Part shown: piece after piece, positions 36,711-50,197 of the stretch | Numbering within the stretch: position 1 is the stretch's first letter | How the letters are laid out: each line of letters begins with the position of its first letter | DNA from: Microthyrium microscopicum | Taxonomy: Eukaryota | Direction: 5' to 3' | DNA: 64,000 bases | Assembly: GCA_010405405.1 (NCBI GenBank) | Contig: MU004241.1 | Coordinates: 1 to 64,000 of the forward strand | Position numbers and translations under genes: made by a program | Notes under the pieces: generated by a model | The model's input: the letters and a program-made list of their open reading frames with translations, nothing else | Told to the model about the DNA's origin: nothing | The model's database searches: none

Positions 36711-39700
36711 TTAGTAATATAGAGAGCAAAAGTAATATAGAAGAGGAGCTTTAGTTTATATTTAGGCATTTTAATTAATAATAATAATTTATAATGATTT
36801 TATATACCTTAATTACTTTTTAAAACCTTACTATACTAGTAAAGCTTAATACTATAAGGTATATTATTAAATAAATAGTATATTCTCTTTATATTAAGTA
36901 ATTAAAGATTTCTAAGTCTCTTAAGTCTCTTAAATTTCTTAAATCTCTTAAGTCTCTTAAAAAGAATAATATAGACGTTACTTAAATTTTTAGTTTTTTT
37001 CTTTATTTTTAATAACATTAATAATAGAGTAAGGGCCTATAGTAGTATTAGGCTTAGTACTTTTAAGTACTTATTTTATTATTATAAATAGCGTATAAAT
37101 TAATTATAATTAAGTAACTAAAATATAATATCTAAAGTGCTAGGTACTTATAAGTATATCTCTTAAAAGAGTTATTCTTATGCCTTTAGTTATATTTATT
37201 AACCTATAAGAGCCTAGGTAAAGATAAATAAAAGATAACTTAAGGCTTTATATATTACTACTATTAGTACTATATATAATTAAAAACCTAGATAATATAA
37301 TTAAGGTTTCTAACTCTAAAACGCTATTATAACTATAGTAATATATTAAATAAGAGCTTTTTTTTATTAAGATAAAGGAATATAATAATATTTTATTATA
37401 AAATTTAAGTAATAAAAGAACTTTAGATAATTTTATTAAAGCGTAATATAGTTAGAGAAGCTACTAGAACTACGTAGAATATAGATTAATAAATGCTATA
37501 GTAAAGCTAGATTCTATTATATAGAAGATTTAATAAAGCGTATTAGTAATTCTTAAAAAAAAAGGTATAAGATTCTATTAAGATATAAGTATAAAAACTT
37601 ATCCTAGTTTAGTTTTTAAAATAACTCTAATATAAATAGAATAGAAAGTAGAGATCTATTTTTATATTATTAACTATAAAACGTAGAGTAACTATATATA
37701 ATTTAACTTTATTAAAGAATATTATAAGTAGCCTAGTTATTAGGATAGCTTATACTAATATATATAATAGCTTTAGTAAATATAAACCTTTTTTAGGGTA
37801 ACGTTAAGAATATTTAGAACTTTATTTATAAATATTTAGCTTCTTATTTAGACGATATAATACTTACTAACTATAATAAAGTCTTTATTTATAGTAAGGG
37901 TATCTAAAACGTTAAACTTACTAGTAAAATTAAATTAAGTAAAGAACTTATAGGTTACGTATTCTTAAAGAATAAGAAGAGTAAGGCTTTAGGCTTTCTC
38001 TTAAAGTAAGGAGAGCCTTCTAAGATTAGCCTTATTAATAGAATATATAATATTATTAAGCTAGCTAGCATTACTATAAATAAGTTTATTAAAAGAGCTA
38101 CCTTTAATATTAATAAGGAGAGTTAACTATAAATTTACTTAATTATATATAAGTATTAAGAAATTATTCTAGACTTTAATTCTAATACGCTTACTTTATT
38201 AGTATCTACTTTAAAGACTTTAAAGGTACCTACTCTAAAGACTTTAAAAGTATATTAGTAGCTACTCTTAGAATAAACTCTTTTAAGACTTAGGTTAGAT
38301 AAAGCTATTAAAGCTAATCTAGGTACTTAAGTAAAGCTTAAGAAAGTTAAGCTTAATATAGATATCCTTAAAAAGATAAAAGCTACTATACTAGAAGCTA
38401 AGTAAATTATAAAGAATCTATAAATAGTAAAGAATTTAGTAGAAGATAAAAATAGATAAGGCCCTAAGTCTATTATAAATAATAAAGATAATAGCCCTAA
38501 TAATAATAAAAAAGCTATAGCTAGTAGTAAAGATAATAATTCTAATGCCTTATTGCTATTATTAAGGACGTTATTTTAGTAACTAAAAGAGAAGAAAGCT
38601 ACTAAAGAAGAGAAGAAAGCTACTATTACTAAGTAAGAGAAGAAAACTACTAAATAAGATATATAGAAGTAGGCTATATTTTAGGTTAAGTTATTAGAGA
38701 ATAGTATATCTACTTACGCTTTCTAATTTTATAAAGTAGTACTTACTTTAGTAGATAAATAAGTAGCTATAGTTATTAAAGTAAATATTCTTAAGGTAGC
38801 TAAGGCTAACGTAGTAGTAAAGAAGTATAAGGGGCATAGAGAAAAGAATATAGAATATAGACGTAGAAATAAGAAGTAAGGTAGCGTTACTTAGTTATAT
38901 TAAAAAGCTATTTAGATATTTTTACTTATTTAATACTTATTATAGTTTTATTATACTTATTTTACTCTTTTTTTTACTAATTCCTAAATAATTAAGGTAG
39001 CGTTAACTTATTAATAATTACTTAGTAAATACTTTCTTTACAAACTTAGTAGGAGTTCTATATATAATAAATATAATGCTATCTTAATTTAGTAAAGAGG
39101 CTAGTAAAACCTATAACTATTACTAGCCTATTATTTCTAACTCTATTAGTAGAATTACTAATTTAGAAAGAATATATTAAATACTTAGCTAAAAAGTAAG
39201 GAGTAAGCGTAGAGAACTTATTAAGGTTTCCTTTTAATAACGACGCTACAACTAGGATTAAGTTATATTTAGTAAATAGATCCTACGTTAGGCTTACTAA
39301 ATTATAAGCTACTTATAACTTAACTAGACTTTAATAAACTTTAGTTTCTTAAAATAATTATTTCTTAAAGTTAATTAAGTAATCTTCTATTAAGCTTTAA
39401 GTATTACGTCCTTTATACGTAGACCTTAAACTTAAATAGGACTAAATCTTAAGAAGAGTTAACGCCTTTCCTAAAATAGAATTAACTAATTTAACAATAT
39501 ATTCTTATATAGGTACTATACATATACTATAAAAGAATAAGTAACTAGCTTATTAAACTATTATATTTCTTCTTTATTTTACTAAACTAATGCCTTTATA
39601 ATACTTAAGCAGTTTATTAACTTATAGGTTAAACCTAAATAAACGTTAGTAAGTATAATAATTAATATAATTTATTAAGTAGAAGTTATAAAACGTAGTA

Positions 39701-40021
39701 TAAAAAACTACTATATAAAGATAAAATAGTTAAGAAATAAGCTTAAGGAATTTACATAATATTGCTATAAATACTACTAGAACTAGAACTACTAATTAAA
39801 AATTAAATTAATTAAAAGTAGTACTAAACTATAAATCTAGAGGCTAAGGAAGTTATTAGTTAAGTATTAATATATTTCTATAAAAAATTAGTTATATTTC
39901 TATTTAATACTATTAGCTACTTACTAAGATATATAATAATAGTCGTTAAGCTTTAACTCTAATTCTAATAAACTTTCTTAGGTTGCTAGTTTGTAGAGGA
40001 GTTATAGTCTTATTTGAGGTA

Positions 40022-43000
40022 TAGTGTTATTAGGGTTATCTTTACCTACTCCTTAAAAATATAAAATAGAGCTTTAGGCTGTAATTAGGTGGATCTACGA
40101 GTAGAACTAGGCGTTATAGTACAAATTTGTAGGGCGCCTCCTAGTCGCGGCCTATTAGTAGCCCCTAAAAACTATTCTTTCTAAATACTACATCTTGGGT
40201 CGCTATTAAAGCTGTACTAGTAATACAGATAGCGGAATAGTAGTATTTAATTACTGCTTATTCCTTACTTTAAGATATCTTAAATAGGTAGTATTCCTAT
40301 TAGTTAATAGCGTTTAAAGCTCTTTAATAGTAATTGTATCTTAACGGAGCTAATTAGGCTATAATCTTGAGTTAGGATCTTAAAGATATTAAAGCTAAAG
40401 TAAGTAGAAGAGTAGTATTCCTACTAGTAGAGTTAAAGATCTAGAGTTAAAGATATTAAATAGCATAGGATTATTAGCATTAAGGGCTAATTATTAATAA
40501 TTATATCTTAAGATTAGATAGAATAGTAAGCTTATATAATTATTAGAGAGCTATTCTAGAGTTAATGAAGTAGTAATAGCGACGACTATAAGATATCTTA
40601 TTAATATAGTCTAAAATTATTAAAATATATCTATTTAACGTTATCTTACCTTTAATAATTCCTTAATATCTTCTATATAACTTCCTACTACTCTTTTAGT
40701 ACTAAAATACTTCTTAATACTATAGTTTATACTTATTAGGTCCTTAGTCCTATCTAATCCCTAAACCGCTATATCTCTATGCATACTATAGGTAAATACT
40801 ACTCTCTAGTACCTAAAAAGGCTATTAGGTAGTTATTTAAGATCTATATAGACGTAGGTAGAAGTCCTTTACTAAAAATGCCTATACTTACCCTAAAGGC
40901 TTTAGTAGCATCTTATCTTAGACATCCTATTCCTATATCTTATATAGCGCCTATACTATTGCTTATTATCTTTCTAAGTAATGTTAATATAAATACTATT
41001 ATTCTTGATTGTTTACTAATATTATTAGCTTCTTAGGTTTAACTAGCTAAGTGTCCTTTATAATAGGATGCTAAGACTTAAGATATCTTAGAATATGCTA
41101 CTAATAGATTATAACTTTAAGATATTAATATTACTTAGCCTCTTTTAGTTAAAGAGACCTAAAATATGCCTAACGCTACTTAAGATATTGTTTATAAGCG
41201 TTAATATAGCCTAGACTACGTCTAAGAGATGTATTTACCTAGAATTGCTACCTAAAATGCTATAATGGATAGCGCTTAGCATCCTAAGATATTTTTACCT
41301 AATTCTAGCGCCCTAGTTCCTTAGATTAACTCTACGCTATTACTACTACTAGTACCTAAATTCCTTCCTAAAATTACTATTATTACTAAGATCTAAAAGT
41401 AAAGAATGCTTATAGTTAAGAATAAATTTAAATAGTATCTTCGCTAGAGCTTAGTTAAAGGCTTTAAAAAGACTTAGGACTAGCTAAATTTGCGCCTTAA
41501 AGAATAAGGAACGATGTATAGTTCTTCTATCTTAATTTAGACGTTTTTAAAGTAAAAAATAAAGAGAGGGACTAAAGATCTTTAATATAGCTTTAGTATT
41601 AATTTAGGCTTAAGCGATAGGGAGCTTAATAGTATTCTTACTTTAATTTAGCGCTAAATTACTTACTAGTATTAGACTAATTTCTATAATAACTCTTAAC
41701 GTATTAGTAATCTTAAATAGAAGATTATATTTAGTATTACTAAGCTTAAATGCCCTCCTTTAGCGTTAATAATAGTAATAGAGATATTAGAATAAGTAGA
41801 TCTATAGTATAAAGAATATTAATAGCGTATTAATTCCTCTTTAGAATTTATAAAGTTAGTAAGGGAATATCTCTATAAAAAGGAGAAATGTCTAAATTAC
41901 CTTAATGGAGAGTACTACTAGAAGGATCCTTATAATAAATATATTTTCCTTAACGCTATAGATTTAAACGAATAGGCCTAAAAGATAGTAAAGGGTAAAT
42001 GTAATATTAAAATACTACCTAATATAATGATAATAAGGCTCTTAGAATCTATAGCTATTTAATAAGCTTACTATTAGTATAAAATAATAACAATATTAAA
42101 TTTAAATTTATAACTTATTAATATTAATATTTATTATAATTAAGAGAGCTTAAACTTACTTAGTAGGTCGTCTAATAGGCTCTTTAGTAGCTAGAGCTAG
42201 CGTACGTGCTTAGCATCTTTACTACCCTATAGTAATATTCCTATAGCCTTATTACTACCTTTAGGGCCTCTATTAGTAACAAAATACTACCTAGAGAAGG
42301 AATTTACTAAGTTTAAGAGGTAGTTCTATAATAATTTGAGCTTTAGGTAGTATTTAGTATTTAATCGTATTATAGAAGCCCTTAAAGCAAAAGGATATCG
42401 TTTAGGGCGGGCTATAGGGCATAATTATACCTAGTTTAAGTAACTTCTTAGTAAGGAGCTAATATTTAGGATTAATAATATACTTAAAATTTGTAAGGAA
42501 ATTATTACTAATTTTTGTTAGTATTATACTTATTAGAGTAGGCTTCTTAACGATACTAATTCTAAACTATCTAGATAGGAATTGTAATAGTAATAGTTTA
42601 ATATTAAATTCTTATTATAGTATAAAGAAGTTAGGATTAGAAGTAATAATTAAAGCTATTTCCTAGATATTTCTACATAACCTTAGACTCTAAGGGATTT
42701 TATTATTCTTTATAATATAATCGCTATATTGAATATACCCTTTAGCTTACTTTCTACTAGGTACTCCTTTACCTAAAACTTTAATTCTAATCCTTAAAAA
42801 CTGCTTAAAAGATATAGAATTCTTGTAGGTATACTACTAGTAGTTATTTATCTTTAACTAGGCCTTTAAATTACTAAAAAACTCTTTAATGGGATTAAAA
42901 TCTAGGTAGTAAGGTAGTAGGAATTCTAATCGTACCTTTATAGCCCTAAATATCTTATAGATAACTTTACTATAATAAAAGGACGCATTATCTATAATAA

Positions 43001-44009
43001 TAATACTTTAAGGAAGAGGATAAAGCTAATAGATATCTAGAAGCTTATTCTTACACTACTAGGTAAAACTATTACTATTACTATTAGCTTTATAGATATC
43101 TACTAATAGGATACTATTAACACTATATACTAGTAGGATATTATACTATTTAGTAGTATTACTAATATTCTTTAATTTTTACTTATCTAACGCTAAGAAG
43201 CTTTTAATATTTAGTTTAATACCTAATTTACTCTATCTTATTATTCTTAAGACGCTAGCGATTCTATACCTTGCTTTATTTACGAAGATAAGCTATTTAG
43301 AGGTATATTTTAATATATAAATATAGTATTTGTAATAAGCTTTAGTAGAGCGCTAGGCGGTAATAACTTTTAACTATAAGATATAAGAATACGTTACTTA
43401 GTATTACTTTATTACTAATCTTCTTTTTAGTATATTTATACCTATTTAGGACTTAAGAGATAAGGGCCTAGCTCGTTACAATACTAAAGGTACTCTAAAT
43501 AAACTTATATATCTTAAATTATATTAAATTAGGTTAGTAAAGGAGGTATTTAAACAGCGTAACCTATATATTATAATCTAGTATTAGTAGAGAACCTAGA
43601 TGTATCTTTATAGGTTTAAAAGATCCTCTAATCCTTAGTATTTGACGCTAGTATTTAATAGTATCTTTATAGTATTTAATAGCTCTAGTAATAAATAACG
43701 TTAAGTAGCTAAGATTAATTATGTCCTTTACTTATTTTTAGCAGTGAGCTTTAAGACATGCTAGCATATTAGAGTATTGTTTATTATAGTATTAAAACAC
43801 TAAAAATTAAGATATTTAATAAAGATTTAGCTTTAGGATTAATAATAATGTAATTTTAGAAGAGGATAGAGTTAGTAAGTTTAATCTAAGGGGCTACACT
43901 GCTAAATTTATATACTAACGTACTCTTTAGATCCTTCCGCCCTCTAATTAGGCCCTAAAGTACTATTTTATAAATTTAGGAGGGGGGGAAAATAATCCTA
44001 ATAATACTA
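40022..44009 (-). mobile_element. Nested ~4-kb Tc1/IS630-type element with TA TSD
   Basis: Imperfect ~65-bp TIRs (left tagtgttattagggttat...tataaaatagagctttagg; right reverse complement tagtattattaggattat...tataaaatagtactttagg), flanked by TA at 40020-40021 and 44010-44011. Slightly less AT-rich than the host element. Confidence 0.75.
42760..43740 (-). pseudogene. RIP-mutated Tc1/IS630 DDE transposase
   Basis: Minus strand reads LIFVNKA (FVDEA, ~43280), IIIIDNASFY (MDNASFH, ~42985), VRLEFLLPYYLDFNPIKE (LPPY.PDFNPIEE, ~42900). Boundaries approximate. Confidence 0.8.
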
Positions 44010-47000
44010 TAAATATAATATTAGTTAGTAGGAAATAACTTAAGGAGGGTTAATAAAGTTAATTATTAGGCTACTAGGTGCTTAAAGATAAGAGTAGTAA
44101 GCTCTTTAATATTTAGACTATATTCTTCTAAGACTCTCTAATTAGGAGTAACTTTATTTTTTCCCTTATGCGTAATATAGTTATCTATATCCTTATTATT
44201 AAATTTATAATAGCGCTCTAACTACTTCTCGCTATTATACTTATAAAAAGGGTAGCTTTTATTAAAGTTAACTTTTTAAATTAATTACTTATTTTCTTCT
44301 TATTCTATCTTTACTCTATTTATCTCTTTTAAAGCTCTTAAAGATACATTAATTTTTTTAGCGTTATTTAAAATGTAAATAGATTAGTAATACTCTTTTT
44401 ATTTAATACTATCTATCTAAATAAAGCTTATCTTAGCCTTGCTTATATTTTTAAGAATTTTTCTTACTTGCTTTTACCTTTTAGAAGATTTAAGTTACTA
44501 AACTTAACTAATAAGCCTATTGTATTACTATTGCAATCTATATATATTTTTATCTTCTCTACTTTTGAACGTGTCTTAAAAATATCTAACTTCTCTTTGT
44601 TATTTATATAGCGCTAAAGGTCCTTATAGAAGGGCATTAAGTAAGATTCTTTAATTTAATATTATATTATATTAATTTATATCTAGTTATTAGTATTAAG
44701 GACTTAATTAAATCTATAACCCTTAGAGTAAATATTATTAAGATAATATATAGGACGAAATAAAGCTTATAAATTCTTAGCTACCTCTTAGTAAACTAAA
44801 AGAGTAGCTAGAAACGTATAAGCTTTATTTATTTTAAAGACTTTTTAGCTAAATGCTTCTATATTAGAATGTTTCATAAAGTAGTAACTTTAACTATAAA
44901 GTAAGATCTAGAGAAAGTTATATCTATATTAATTTATAATTTTAATCTACTCTTCGTCCTAGATAATATACTATTAAAAGGTATATTATACTAAAAGAGG
45001 ATTAAATTTAACTTATATATACTACCTTTAGTATTTTTAAGTCTTTATCTTTTAATATTAGACCTTAACTACCCTCTAGGTAAATTAAGAGAATAATTAG
45101 GGTCTAATATAGCTCTAGAAGAGCTAATACCTACCTAAATTAGAATTTTTGTTAGTCTAATATTAAGTTAGTATTCTTTTTAATAGTAGGAGGAAGTAAA
45201 TAAATTCTTACTTATTAGTTATCTTATTACTAATATATATTTCTTCTATATAAAGTATTATCTTAATTAATAATATAGTAGGTAGAGATCTAGTACTTTA
45301 TTAGTATATATATAATAAAGTTCTTAGTAGAGATATACTATTATATTAGATATAACTATCTTTCTAAAAAAAAGTACTACTAGCTATACTCTAATTAATA
45401 TCTATAATATATACCTAAGTTTATAATTAGCTTTAACTTATTAATATAATACTATTCTTATAAATAGAAGACTTTCTAAAAAGATAAAAGAACTAAATAT
45501 ATAATAAGTACCTAGGGTAAGCAAAGTAGTATACTTACTTTACTATTTTAGGCATAGTAATAATAAATAAAAGTAAATATATTAAAAAATAACTACTAAA
45601 ATAAATAAGAATACTAAAAGTAATCCCTACTATTTTAAAGCAAATTAATAAATAATAAAGTAAATTTAGGACTTACTCTAAAGCGTATATTATAAGCTTA
45701 AATCTAGCAAAGAATAGCTTATAATATACTTTTTGTATTTTTATTTTTATTAGTTATAATATATAAAATATAAGCTTATTATTCTATATCCTTAGATATC
45801 TTAAATAAACTCTTAATTTATTCTTAAAGTCGTTAATTATTACTAGGTAATAAAGTAGATAGATACGTAAGCCTTATAAGTTAAAAGTTTAATTACTTAG
45901 ATTTTATAATATTCCTTTATAAATAAGCGTAACAACTAGTTAGTAATTACTATAGCTAGTAATATATTTTTAGATATTAGCTAACTCTAAGCTACTTTTT
46001 TACTACTTAATTATCTAGTATTTAGATATATACTATAGTTACTACTTCTATCTACTAAGGACTAGCACTTTTTAACTTAAGGAGAATACTACTTAAATAA
46101 AGATATTTAGAAGTAGTTAACTAGCCCGCCTCTATATATTAATAAACTAATAATAATATTTATTAATATTTATTTACGTTATTTAGTATATATTAATAGA
46201 AAGTATATTCCTACTTTTTTTATAATATACTACTAATTATATATTAAGTAATAAAGTTTCTCTATTTTTTTAGAGGCTTCTATATCTATATTCTTTTAAT
46301 AATAATATTTACTACTTTAGATTAATAATATATACTAAGATTTCTATTTAAGGAAAAATTAGGTATATCTAAAGTATAACTACTAGCTAATAAATAATAT
46401 AGTTAAATTACCTTAATAAAGCTACCTAGAGTCCTTACTTAATAAACTTAACCTTTTTAGAAAAGATATATACTTTATACTAAAGTAAAGAGTATAACCT
46501 CTATTATGCGTTAGGGCTAACGTATTAAATATGCTTATTAATATTAAATTAAAATAGAATTACTTTTTGTAGATAGAAATACTCTTAGTAAAATTAAGAG
46601 CCTATAGTTTATATAAATTAATAATCCTATAACTTACTTATATTATTTATATTATTCCTAATATAGTACTTATGCTTCTTAAGGATACAAGGTAGTACAT
46701 AGAATTATCTCTATATATAATAATAATAAGGCTATAATAATATTAGAAAGTCTTTAGAGAGCTTAATTTAAATAAAAATTATAGTAGAAAATTATAGTAG
46801 TTAGCTTTAGTTTTTAGGCTTTATCTTTCTTTTAATTATTAACTTACTAGTATTTAGTTTAGATAGTATTTAAATAATATACTAGTTTTTAACTAACTTT
46901 CCTCTATATTATAAAATATAAGCTCCTTTAATATATAGAATAACCTAATTACTATACTCTAGATTAGAGTATAACTACTACGTAAGTATAATAAGTTATA

Positions 47001-48076
47001 TAGAATTATAGCCTTAAGAAAGTATTATTAGTAAAATAGATAAAGAAAGAATAAGATTAGACTTAAAAAGTATACTAAAATTATTTTATTATAACTAGTA
47101 AGCCTATTTATAAGATAAAATCTCTAAATAAGAAGGTAATTAGTTATTATTAATAAGCCTACTATAGATAATAGTCTATAATAAGCTATAACTAATAAAG
47201 GGTAGTAATATTATTTATATCCTATATATAGTATCTCTAAGTAGTAAATAGTTATAGTATTTAGTATAACTAAAATACTAATTAATTAATAGTTAAAAAC
47301 TATTTATATTACTATAAATTAACCTAGCGTAATATAATATATTAATATAGAACATATTAACATTAAAGATATTAAGACTTTTTTTTAAAAGAAAAAAATT
47401 AATATAAAAAATATCTTACTATTTTAATCTTCTCTAGAAAGCGTATTAAAGAAAGATAACTAATAAAGTATAATAAGATATTTTTAATAATAAATACTAA
47501 AGTATAAATAGTTATAAAGATTATTATAATATTATTACTCTAAAAGGGTTTTAATATTAATTAAAATTTACTAAAATACCTTTATAGTAATTTTACTAAG
47601 TATTAGTATAAATATACTACTTAATAAGCTTTATTATAAAAAGCTTTACTTACCTAAGTAATACGTAGTATTAAATAATATTACTTAGTAATAAAAAGGC
47701 TTTATAGCTATTTTAGCTAGTTAATACCTATATATCTAGAAAACTAGACTAAGTTATAGAAATAGGTTAGATTAGTAATCTCTACTAGTTTTAGCTACCT
47801 TAAAGCTAAGTAATTATTAAATAATATTTTAAAAAGTAACTATAAGTTATTCTTTTTATTTTACTAAAATAAATATATATAATAAGTAAAATAATATCTT
47901 AATCCTTTATATAATAAATAAAATAATATCTTAATCCCTTATATAAAGTATTTCTCTATAAAGAGTAGATACCTTAACGTATTCTAATAGGTTATTTATA
48001 GAGCGCGCGCTATAAGTAAAATACTAAGCATTTTACTATAAAGTATCTTACTATATATATTTTCTTAAGTAGTTTT

Positions 48077-49662
48077 TAGAAAGGAATAGTATAGTAAGCT
48101 TTATAATTAATTTTACGCGCATAGAAGTATACTATACTAAAGAGTATAGGATTAAGAGTAAAGAAAGCTTTTTAGCTAAGAAAGCTTACTTTATAATAGT
48201 AGGACATTATTCCTAAAGTAATACTTATTATTAGATTATTATAGTAAAACTACGTAGATATAAAACTACTATATAGTATAAGCTTAAATAATTACTATAA
48301 ATTCTATATAATTTTAAGTTATGTAAAATTTTTTAAATAATTATAGATAATATTTTTTCCTTCTTTTATAAAATAGCTAAAAAAAAATTATTTTTTTACT
48401 AACTTAGCTCTTAATATAGCTATAAAGAAACTTAGTAAGATTTAGGTACGTATACTACTTATTATATAAACTAATTTAGCGCTACTTAGATATAATAGCT
48501 AAATTAGAGTTATAGTCTTTCTTTTACTTAATACTAAAAAATCTTACTTTATTAAACTTTCTTTACTATAATTCTATTGCCTAATTATATTAGTTATACT
48601 TAATTTAACAAAGGAAGATAAACTTATATATAATTTAGCTCTATAAGATTATTATATAATAGCGCTAACTATTTTAGTATTAATCTTACGTTATTTTCTT
48701 ACTTTTTTTATATTCTTATAGATATAGTATTCTATAATAGTAAGCTAGCTCCTTAGATATTTAAGTATAGATACATTTTATAAGATAATTAGTATTTATA
48801 AAGAATACTTACGTCTCTAGCGTTAGTAATTCTATTAATTAGTAAACTAAATAGTATATATAATAATTTAGTATATAAGTTAAGGAATATAGGCTTACTA
48901 AAACGTAACTTTACCTTATATAATATAAATAGAGAAGTCTAAAATACTCTATATTAATATCTTAAAGCTTACGTAATTACATTAAAAGCTAGAAATTACT
49001 TTTAAGGATATAAATTAGTAGTAAAGAAGCATTAGAAGACGTTATAGCTAAAGAAATAGAAGTTTTTAGTAATTTAGACTTACTAAAAGTTAGTAAAGTA
49101 ATTATAAGTAAAAAAGATAACGCGCTAAAATAATATTATTTAGTAAAGGATTACGCTCTTCTTACTATTAAGATATAATACCTAACCTAAAAGGATAATA
49201 TATAAAGAAATAACTTAAGAACCTATAAAAGAAATAATACTTTAAAAGAAATATTATAGCTAAGGCTTACCTATAAGCTAATTTAGTAAAGAATTACTAT
49301 TACTAAGCTTTACTAAACTTTATTATAGTTATAAATCTATAACCTTACTTTTATTCTTCTAAGGAAGGAGCTCTATAGTACTTACCCTAATTAAAATCCT
49401 TAAGTAGTATTATTTTATTTATTAAAGTTATTTTAAAGAAGATATTATAAGTATAGTCTTTCTAAAGAATATTTTCTTACTAAATTTAGTAAGCTTCTCT
49501 ACAAACTAATATCTTTATTTATAATATATCTCTATAACTATACTAAAATTTATATATAGTCTACTAGACTCTTTTATATAAGCTATAATATTATATAAGA
49601 GTACTACTTTACTAAATATTAGTAACTTTATTACAAATAAAGATAATTTCTACTACTAAAAT
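48077..49662 (+). repeat. Right arm of the transposon, homologous to the subtelomeric repeat unit
   Basis: Colinear with ~1405-3830 (e.g. 'taaagtaatactta(c/t)ta(c/t)tagattatt' at ~1544 and ~48214; 'aaaacgtaactttaccttatataatat' at ~2247 and ~48900) but with only one minisatellite unit. Confidence 0.9.
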
Positions 49663-50197
49663 ATAAAAAATAATTATTACTAAAAATACTATCTAGAGAT
49701 AGCCCTAACTAAGAGTAGGGTAGAATAGATATTAGAATTATTATTAACAAAGGCTAACGTCGCTAATATAGTAATATAGTAACGTATTTAGAAGTTTAGA
49801 AGTTTAGAAGTTTAGAAGTTCTTATCTTAAGCGGTGTTAGTAGTAATGCGCCGTCATAGGCTCACGCATTCCATAATGGCCAATAGTAGTATCAACACTA
49901 TAATTTATAGACCATTGAAGAAGCCACTAAGCTACAACTCTACCATTCCACTAATTAGATTCCTAAGGAAAAGCTCGCTAGATGCTAAAAGTATTAGAGC
50001 ATAATCATTAAGAAAAGAGTAGATCTAATTCTTAAACACCAACTTTTTACAACATCACGCTATTGCATTAGTATGACCTCAAAAATAGCATAGTTAATAA
50101 ATAGGATATGTCTCATTTCAATCTCTCCATATTGCACGCAAGACAACACCAATAGATTATCAAAAGACTGCAGAACCTCCTCCAGTCTCCTTGAGTC

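Larger units (their letters stand above)
34556..49858 (+). mobile_element. 15.3-kb RIP-inactivated TIR DNA transposon, IS3EU-like, 6-bp TSD GGCTCA
   Basis: Left TIR 34556-34651 and right TIR 49755-49858 are reverse complements (tat(a/g)acggcgcattac...gataagaacttctaaacttctaaac...gttactatattactatattagcgacgtta). GGCTCA at 34550-34555 and 49859-49864. The whole interior is AT-rich. Confidence 0.9.

Noticed and set aside
34556..49858. Polinton/Maverick or Starship interpretation
   Set aside because: Size and 6-bp TSD fit Polintons, but the termini are TAT..ATA and I saw no pPolB, ATPase or capsid relic. Long TIRs and a DDE enzyme rather than a tyrosine recombinase argue against a Starship.
34556..49858. 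Centromere
   Set aside because: AT richness is explained by RIP of one bounded element; sequence alone gives no centromere evidence.
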